DNA from: Negativicutes bacterium
Lineage (GTDB): Bacteria; Bacillota; JAAYKD01
DNA length: 64,000 nucleotides
Direction: 5' to 3'
Assembly (NCBI GenBank): GCA_021372785.1
Contig: JAJFTT010000036.1
Location: 28,355-92,354, forward strand
The notes under the pieces were generated by a model. The model saw only the letters and a list, made by a program, of their open reading frames with translations, ran no database searches and was not told the DNA's origin. How positions within the stretch are numbered: position 1 is the stretch's first letter; each line of letters starts with the position of its first letter. This document shows, piece by piece, positions 57,797 through 64,000 of this stretch. A program made the position numbers and the translations under genes.

Positions 57797-59041
57797 TTAT
57801 CTCTCGCTCTGTAAATGCAGCGCGATTTCCAAAATGGCCAGTTTGATATGTTCGTAGGTTAAGCCGCCCTGAACATAGGCCGTATACGGCGCCCGCAGCG
57901 GTGCATCCGCGCTGAGTTCAATGGAAGCCCCCTGCACAAAGGTGCCGGCTGCCATAATTACCGGATGGCTGTAGCCTGGCATATCCCAAGGTTCCGGCAG
58001 CACATGCGCGTCGACCGGAGAAGCCCGCTGCACCGCCCGACAGAATTCAATCAGCGGTTTGCTGTCGGAAAAACGAATCGCCTGAATGATATCATTGCGG
58101 CTCGCTTGCCAGGCCGGCGATACGTCATAACCGAGCTCCTGCATGACAAATCCCAGCAGGTGCATCCCTTTTACAGCCTGCGCGACTGTATGCGGGGCCA
58201 AAAATAAACCCTGAAACATCAGACGCTGGCTGTCACCAAAGCTGGAGCCCATCTCCAAACCCAAGCCGGGCATGCTGTAACGGGCAGCGGCCGCTGCAAT
58301 CAATTCCTGGCTGCCGGCCAGATAACCGCCGCCGGGTGCCAAACCGCCGCCTGGATTCTTGATCAGCGATCCCGCAATCAGATCCGCACCGACATCCGTT
58401 GGCTCCAGAAAATCGGTAAATTCACCGTAACAGTTGTCTATAATCACTCGGGCGCTCGGCTGCAGTGCTTTGACCGTCTGGATCGCACGCTTGATCTCGG
58501 CAATGCTGAAGGCATTGCGCCATTCATAGCCGCGGGAACGCTGAATCAAAACCGCTTTGACATCCGGCGTCAGGACGGCGGCGATGCCAGCAAGATCGAT
58601 CTGTTGCTGCGCATCCAGGTCCAGCTGCTTGTAACCGATGCCGTACATTTTAAGATTCCCCGCAGCAGAACCCTCCAGACCGATAACCTGCCGCATGGTG
58701 TCATAAGGCAGCCCGGTCAGCGAAAGCAAACTGTCTCCCGGACGCAACGCCGCAAAAAGCGCCGTGCCAACCGCGTGCGTACCGGAAACAAATTGCCCCC
58801 GCACCAAAGCGGCTTCGGTATGAAAAACCTTGGCATAGACCTGATCCAATACTTCTCTGCCAGGATTACCGTAACCATAACCGGTAGCCGGCTGCAGATG
58901 TAAATCGGAAACCCGGCACATCCGCATCGCCTGCAGGACCTTGCTTTGATTCTGCAAAGCAATCCGCTCCATCCGCAGAAACTGAGGTTTTAAACACTCT
59001 TCGCCTTGTTCTATGATTGCCTCTATGCTTTTCTCAGTCAT
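57797..59041 (-). CDS. PLP-dependent protein of the YnbB/aluminium-resistance family (Cys/Met-metabolism PLP fold)
   Basis: About 415 aa from MTEKSIEAI. It has an HflX-YnbB arrangement like that of B. subtilis ynbA-ynbB. Confidence 0.7.
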   Translation of the reverse strand: MTEKSIEAIIEQGEECLKPQFLRMERIALQNQSKVLQAMRMCRVSDLHLQPATGYGYGNPGREVLDQVYAKVFHTEAALVRGQFVSGTHAVGTALFAALRPGDSLLSLTGLPYDTMRQVIGLEGSAAGNLKMYGIGYKQLDLDAQQQIDLAGIAAVLTPDVKAVLIQRSRGYEWRNAFSIAEIKRAIQTVKALQPSARVIIDNCYGEFTDFLEPTDVGADLIAGSLIKNPGGGLAPGGGYLAGSQELIAAAAARYSMPGLGLEMGSSFGDSQRLMFQGLFLAPHTVAQAVKGMHLLGFVMQELGYDVSPAWQASRNDIIQAIRFSDSKPLIEFCRAVQRASPVDAHVLPEPWDMPGYSHPVIMAAGTFVQGASIELSADAPLRAPYTAYVQGGLTYEHIKLAILEIALHLQSER

Positions 59042-60326
59042 GCTCTGTTTCCTTGCTCTGCTGTAAACGGCTGAGAAGCCGTTCCTGAAACGCTTCGCTG
59101 CTCTCCAGCAAAAGATGCATGCCGTCTTCTTCGGCCGTGCGCTGCAAAATTGTTGCATTTTCATGGATTAAATTCAGCAGTTCTCCCTCCTGATAGGAGA
59201 TGATCACCGCATAAACCGGCCGCTGACTGGCGAAATAATCCTGAATTGCCTGCAGCAGCTGCTCTTTCCCCCGATTCTCCCGCACCGATACGGCTACCGC
59301 GTTGGGATACTCTGCCATGACTTTTTCTAAGACCGAAGGCGTGGTCAGCGCATCAATTTTATTGAAGACAGGGATGACGGTCTGCGTTACTTTCAGCTCT
59401 TTCAGAAGATCGAGGCAGGTCTGCATTTGTTCTTCGTAATTATTGTCGCTGATATCGATCACATGCAGCAACAGATCGGCATACTGCAGTTCATCCAACG
59501 TAGAGCGGAAAGCCGCAATTAATTGATGCGGCAGATCATGAATGAAACCGACGGTATCGGAAAGCAGAATTTCCCGCTTGTTGTTCAGACTGAACGTCCG
59601 TGTGACGGAATCCAGGGTAGCGAACAATTTATTTTCCGCTAAGACATTACTGTCACAAAGCCAATTTAAAATGCTGCTCTTGCCGGCGTTGGTATAACCA
59701 ACCAAAGCGACAACCGACATGCCGCTGCGTTGACGCGCCCCCTTTGAGACCTGCCGGCGCTTGCCGACTTCGTCGATCTCCTTCTGCAGAAAATTGATGC
59801 GGTCGCGGATGATCCGTCTGTCCTGTTCCAGCTTGCTTTCACCGGGACCGCGGGTGCCGATACCGCCGCCCAAGCGTGATAAGGAGCTGCCCAGACCGGC
59901 CAAACGGGGTAAGCTGTAATTCAGCTGTGCCAATTCCACCTGCAGTTTCCCTTCGCTGCTTTGCGCACGCTGGGCGAAGATATCCAGAATCAGCTGGTTG
60001 CGGTCGATTACACGGCAGTTTATTACCCCGCTGATGTTTCTTAATTGAGAAGGGCTCAGTTCATCGTTAAAAATCACCAGATCTGCCTGCATTTCCTCCG
60101 CATAGAGACCGATTTCTTCGGCTTTGCCTTTGCCGATGTAAAAAGCACTGTCCGGGTGCGGCAGCCTTTGAATAAATGTCTGCAATACTTCGGCACCGGC
60201 CGTATCCGCCAGCGCAGCCAATTCCTTGATGCTTTCGCTGATATCCCAATTTTGCTTCGGCAGCTGCAAAGCAACTAAAATGGCCAGTTCTTTTTTATTT
60301 TCTGCTGTGTCTTGCGTTGTTTTCAT
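59034..60326 (-). CDS. hflX: GTPase HflX
   Basis: 430 aa. N-terminal HflX domain, then G1 GYTNAGKSS, G3 DTVGF and G4 NKID. Confidence 0.9.
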   Translation of the reverse strand: MKTTQDTAENKKELAILVALQLPKQNWDISESIKELAALADTAGAEVLQTFIQRLPHPDSAFYIGKGKAEEIGLYAEEMQADLVIFNDELSPSQLRNISGVINCRVIDRNQLILDIFAQRAQSSEGKLQVELAQLNYSLPRLAGLGSSLSRLGGGIGTRGPGESKLEQDRRIIRDRINFLQKEIDEVGKRRQVSKGARQRSGMSVVALVGYTNAGKSSILNWLCDSNVLAENKLFATLDSVTRTFSLNNKREILLSDTVGFIHDLPHQLIAAFRSTLDELQYADLLLHVIDISDNNYEEQMQTCLDLLKELKVTQTVIPVFNKIDALTTPSVLEKVMAEYPNAVAVSVRENRGKEQLLQAIQDYFASQRPVYAVIISYQEGELLNLIHENATILQRTAEEDGMHLLLESSEAFQERLLSRLQQSKETEHD

Positions 60327-60768
60327 AAATTCCTTTCCTGCGGTCGGGGTCTCTTCCCGTCCTGAAAAATTTTGCCGACAAACACCCTGATCCTACGATT
60401 CTATTATTCGACTCCTTGAGCTCAAATTCCTTTTCGAACGGATCAGGCAGATTATCGAGTAAAGCCGTAAAACCCCTTGTTTTAGCTATGGGGAGTGTCA
60501 AGACTTGAGATCTTTACCTTTACTGAATTCCGCTCTGAACCCTCTGGGATTCCTCTGAAGACTTGCGCTGTGATCACGTTAAAACAAGATTACCTTAAGC
60601 ATTTCAGAGAAGTGCAGTCAAAAAAAACCGCGGGCATCCTGCAGCGAAGCTTCACCCTTTCAGGTGGAGCCGGCATCAGGATGCCCGGCGGTTTTATCAA
60701 GGCTGCTTCAGCCGAAAAGAGCGACAACTCCGGGGATGCGGCAGAATCAGGATGCATCCCGGTAGTTT

Positions 60769-62196
60769 CTAGACACGAACGTGCTTCCATTTGTTCGATC
60801 TGAAACGGTATTGAATGACCAAAGAGCGTACTGCCTGATCGACCGCCATGGCGATCCAGGCGCCGATTAAGCCCATATGCAAATATTGCACCAAAACAAG
60901 CGCCAATCCAAGACGGAAGAACCAAACACCAATGATGGTGGAATACAGCGGCCACTTGGTGTCGCCCGCTCCGCGCAGAGCACCGGCCAAAACAAATTGG
61001 ATCGACTGCAGCGGCTGCACCAAAGCGATGATCTTCAAAGCAATCGCCGAGCTGGCAATCACGGAAGCATCATCGGTATAGAGCAAAGCAACTTTATCCC
61101 CTGCAAAGAAAAGCAGCGCAGCGACGCCGAGAGAAACAAACATTGACATATTGGAAGTTGCCTTGGCAAATTTCTCCGCCATATCCGGCTTTTTCGCTCC
61201 CAAACAGCGGCCGACCAAGGAAGTGGCAGACATACCGAAACCCTGTCCGGTTGTAAACGACAAACTGTTGATATTGATCGCAACCTGATGCGCAGCATAG
61301 ACGACGGTACCCAAACCGGAAACCGTACGGGTAAAAAGAATCATTCCGATCCGCATGACAAATTGCTCGGCGGCAGCGGGCATACCAACTTTGGCCACAC
61401 GCTTGATCAAATCCCAGTTAAAATGATAGCCGCCTTTAAAAGAAACGGTAATCCGCTTCCCCGGTAGCAAGACGAGCGAAAGAGCCATGATACAGCCAAC
61501 CAAGCGGGAAAAAGCGGTTGCTACTGCCGCACCGGTAACACCCATCCTGGGGAAAAACCAGATGCCGTTGATCAGGAGAAAATTAAAAACAACGTTGATC
61601 AGGTTGACAGCCGTATTATTGATCATCGGCGCTTTGGTATCACCGGCGCCGCGGACCATGGAATTGACGCACATCTGAATCGTGTTAAAAACCATGCTGA
61701 CGGAAACAATTTGGAAATATTTCACGCCATAAAACATAGCGTCTGCTTCCGCACCCATAAACAACAGCACCGGTTTGGCGATTAAAAACATCACGGCGCC
61801 AACAAGGAGACCCAACAGGGTGACAATAATCAGAGACTGACGGGCGGTTTCATTGGCACTTTTGATATCGTGAGCGCCGATAAAACGAGCAACCACAGCC
61901 GTCGTGCCGACGTTGATCGCCATAAAAATTGCCATCGCGAACATCATCGGCTGGTTGGTTAAACCAACCGCGGTAATTGCGGCAGGTCCGATCCGGCTGA
62001 CCTGAATCATATCGATCATACCAACCAAAGCCATCAAGAGCTGCTCCGCCACAGCCGGTCCGGCCAGCTTAAGGACAACCTTATTCGCTTCCGCGGCAGT
62101 AAGTTCATCCTTAAGCAAGAAGCTCTGATCATACTTTTCATGCTCTGCGGGGGAATCCGCCGAAACCGCTTCCTTTTTCCCTATTTCCTCGCTCAT
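60769..62196 (-). CDS. MATE-family multidrug efflux transporter
   Basis: 475 aa, 12 TM in two MatE repeats. Confidence 0.85.
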   Translation of the reverse strand: MSEEIGKKEAVSADSPAEHEKYDQSFLLKDELTAAEANKVVLKLAGPAVAEQLLMALVGMIDMIQVSRIGPAAITAVGLTNQPMMFAMAIFMAINVGTTAVVARFIGAHDIKSANETARQSLIIVTLLGLLVGAVMFLIAKPVLLFMGAEADAMFYGVKYFQIVSVSMVFNTIQMCVNSMVRGAGDTKAPMINNTAVNLINVVFNFLLINGIWFFPRMGVTGAAVATAFSRLVGCIMALSLVLLPGKRITVSFKGGYHFNWDLIKRVAKVGMPAAAEQFVMRIGMILFTRTVSGLGTVVYAAHQVAININSLSFTTGQGFGMSATSLVGRCLGAKKPDMAEKFAKATSNMSMFVSLGVAALLFFAGDKVALLYTDDASVIASSAIALKIIALVQPLQSIQFVLAGALRGAGDTKWPLYSTIIGVWFFRLGLALVLVQYLHMGLIGAWIAMAVDQAVRSLVIQYRFRSNKWKHVRV

Positions 62197-62382
62197 ACAA
62201 AAACTCCCATTCTATAAGAAATATTATAAGCTAACATTTCTATACCCGTAACAATTTTCCTGCTTGAAAAGTCTGAAACTTTTCCTGCTTTTCTGTTCCA
62301 TCATAAAGATTAGTGAGAAACTCTGTTGGATAGAAAAGGCCGCCTGAACTCTTTTGGTTCAGGCGGCTATTTCCCAGCTGAG

Positions 62383-63411
62383 TTATTTGCGGAGTGGGTT
62401 GATAGCCCGCAAATGCGACATCGAACCATAACCGCTGAGCAGGGCAGCATATTCCGTCTGATTATAGAAGGAACATTGATTTTCACCGTAGTATTTGGCC
62501 ACCTCGATGCAGAAACGTGCGGTTTCTTCGATATCAATTTCATGAGAAGCTCCCGTTGCACAGCCAGGTACGGCTGTTTCTGTCGTGATGGCTACCCCCA
62601 CCAGAGCGGCATCGGTCACGACGGAGGGCTGCAGGATGCTGTTGAGATGATAAAGATCATTACCATACGGTGTGATATCCTGCATGGTAACCGGCAGCAC
62701 CCTGGCTGGTTGGCCGGTAGTCCATTCCATAATCGAAAGCAGGTCTTCACTGATGCGCAGAATCCAGCCATCCTTGATCGTTGGCGTAATGGCAAAGCCA
62801 CGCGCATTGAAAATCCGATTGCCCTTGGTGGTATCAACCGATAAAATAGCATCAGCGGAAGCATCTACTTCATACTGATTCATGACTGCGATATCCACCG
62901 GAGAACCCATAAAAGGTACCGGCTCGTGCGGCGAGGTCGGCGAAAAAGGAGCAATATGCGTTGAGACAATCACATCGCCGGCTAAAGTATCGCCATTTTT
63001 CTGCATATCAACCAGTTTCAAGGCGACGGCCATGGCTGTGATCGCGCCGTCTCCATCAGAAACCAAACCAATACGTTCCGGTCTGGCTCCAACCCCTCCC
63101 AGACGTCCGATAATACCTAAAGTTGGGGCGCTGCCTCCGCATAATTTACCATGCTTCCCTTTGAGCAAAACATGGATGAAGTCTGTGCTGCCCTGCTCGC
63201 CCATCACGGTCAGCCAATGACACTGTTCCGCCGGCAGCCCTCTGGCAATCAATAATTCTTTTATTTTTGCGCCGCTGGCAAACGAACTATCCAGCAGCTC
63301 ATGGATTTCCATTACTTGTTTGAGCATGTCGCCGTTCTCCTTTTTGTATGAATCATGCAATGATTTCTCCGGGCTGAGGGCAATATCCTGCTGCTCAGCA
63401 AGCAATTTCAC
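62383..63411 (-). CDS. DUF1177-like conserved hypothetical protein
   Basis: 342 aa soluble protein with no catalytic motif recognised. Its start overlaps the rnhB stop. Confidence 0.45.
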   Translation of the reverse strand: MKLLAEQQDIALSPEKSLHDSYKKENGDMLKQVMEIHELLDSSFASGAKIKELLIARGLPAEQCHWLTVMGEQGSTDFIHVLLKGKHGKLCGGSAPTLGIIGRLGGVGARPERIGLVSDGDGAITAMAVALKLVDMQKNGDTLAGDVIVSTHIAPFSPTSPHEPVPFMGSPVDIAVMNQYEVDASADAILSVDTTKGNRIFNARGFAITPTIKDGWILRISEDLLSIMEWTTGQPARVLPVTMQDITPYGNDLYHLNSILQPSVVTDAALVGVAITTETAVPGCATGASHEIDIEETARFCIEVAKYYGENQCSFYNQTEYAALLSGYGSMSHLRAINPLRK

Positions 63412-64000
63412 TCCGCCGCAGCCGGGGGAATGTGTCTCTTTTTTAAAAAAGACAGCCGATGCACAGGGCTATAGCCAAACCGCTCCAAAGCAGCATAATG
63501 TGCTGCGGTCGGATAACCTTTATGCTGTGCAAAACCATACTGCGGATAATTACGGTCCAATTCCAGCATAATATGGTCGCGCGTGACTTTGGCAATTATA
63601 GAAGCGGCGGCAATGGAACGTACAAAAGCATCGCCTGCAATAATACCCATTTGGTTCTCATTCCAGAAGGCAAGAACCCAGGCGTCAATCAAAAGAAAAT
63701 CCGGTTTGGGCTGCAGGGTTTCCAGCGCTCGCTGCATAGCCAAAAAATCCGCCTGACGAATATTCAGCCGGTCAATTTCCGCTGCCGTTGCCTGACCGAC
63801 ACTATAACAGACTTCCGCAGTCAATTGAGCGAACAAAGCTTCCCGTTTTGCTGCAGTCAGCTTTTTGGAGTCGTCCAGGCCGGCCAATTGATAAAAAGGC
63901 GGCAGGATGACGGCGGCCGCTACGACCGGACCCGCCAGGGGACCGCAGCCTGCCTCATCAATCCCGGCAATGGCTGAAAATCCTTTTTGTGCGAGGTTTT
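63408..64000 (-). CDS. rnhB: Ribonuclease HII (5' end lies beyond the window)
   Basis: GIDEAGCGPLAGPVV (catalytic DEA) at the window edge, then GLDDSKKLTAAKREAL and the C-terminal HKGY...AALERFG. Confidence 0.8.
   Translation of the reverse strand, partial: NLAQKGFSAIAGIDEAGCGPLAGPVVAAAVILPPFYQLAGLDDSKKLTAAKREALFAQLTAEVCYSVGQATAAEIDRLNIRQADFLAMQRALETLQPKPDFLLIDAWVLAFWNENQMGIIAGDAFVRSIAAASIIAKVTRDHIMLELDRNYPQYGFAQHKGYPTAAHYAALERFGYSPVHRLSFLKKRHIPPAAAE

Noticed and set aside
1-64000. CRISPR arrays, insertion sequences, transposases, integrases and prophage genes
   Set aside because: I scanned both strands for direct repeats of 20 nt or longer with regular spacing and for recombinase or transposase signatures (DDE, tyrosine or serine recombinase motifs). 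None was found. The only tandem repeat is the 9 bp coding microsatellite at 56444-56533.

Overview
This 64 kb window reads as core chromosome from a spore-forming Firmicute (class Clostridia-like), with roughly 50% GC and most genes on the minus strand. It contains no transposase or integrase genes and no CRISPR array.

The conserved blocks, in order along the window, are:
- a pst phosphate-uptake operon (pstB', pstS, pstC, pstA, pstB, phoU);
- a DUF2975 / XRE-regulator / membrane-protein trio;
- a nitronate-monooxygenase-like gene flanked by rhodanese genes;
- two tandem paralogous sensor kinases, one followed by an intact REC-PAS-GGDEF-HD-GYP regulator and the other by a decayed receiver-domain pseudogene;
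- three tandem M42 aminopeptidase genes;
- sigH, then a recN-argR-dxs-ispA-xseB-xseA-nusB block;
- efp with its M24 peptidase, next to a complete type IV pilus (PilB/PilC/pilin/PilMNO) cluster;
- a mltG-ruvX-ireB-DUF1292 block, hflX-ynbB, a MATE transporter and rnhB.

Two tRNA genes were found by hand, tRNA-Ala(CGC) and tRNA-Pro(GGG).

The most unusual features are these:
- A roughly 900 nt ORF-free, hairpin-rich region (about 50640-51540) lies upstream of an ABC-2 transporter and matches no RNA family I can recall. It may be an unannotated large structured RNA or a long leader.
- A well-formed tyrosine-specific T-box leader (with promoter, AGUA/GAA S-turn, UAC specifier, AG and GNUGA boxes, T-box sequence and terminator) sits directly in front of a tyrosine-phenol-lyase/tryptophanase-family gene.
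- The prepilin peptidase gene in the pilus cluster is truncated to its N-terminal zinc-finger domain.

All calls rest on reading the sequence and translations against remembered family signatures. No database search was run.
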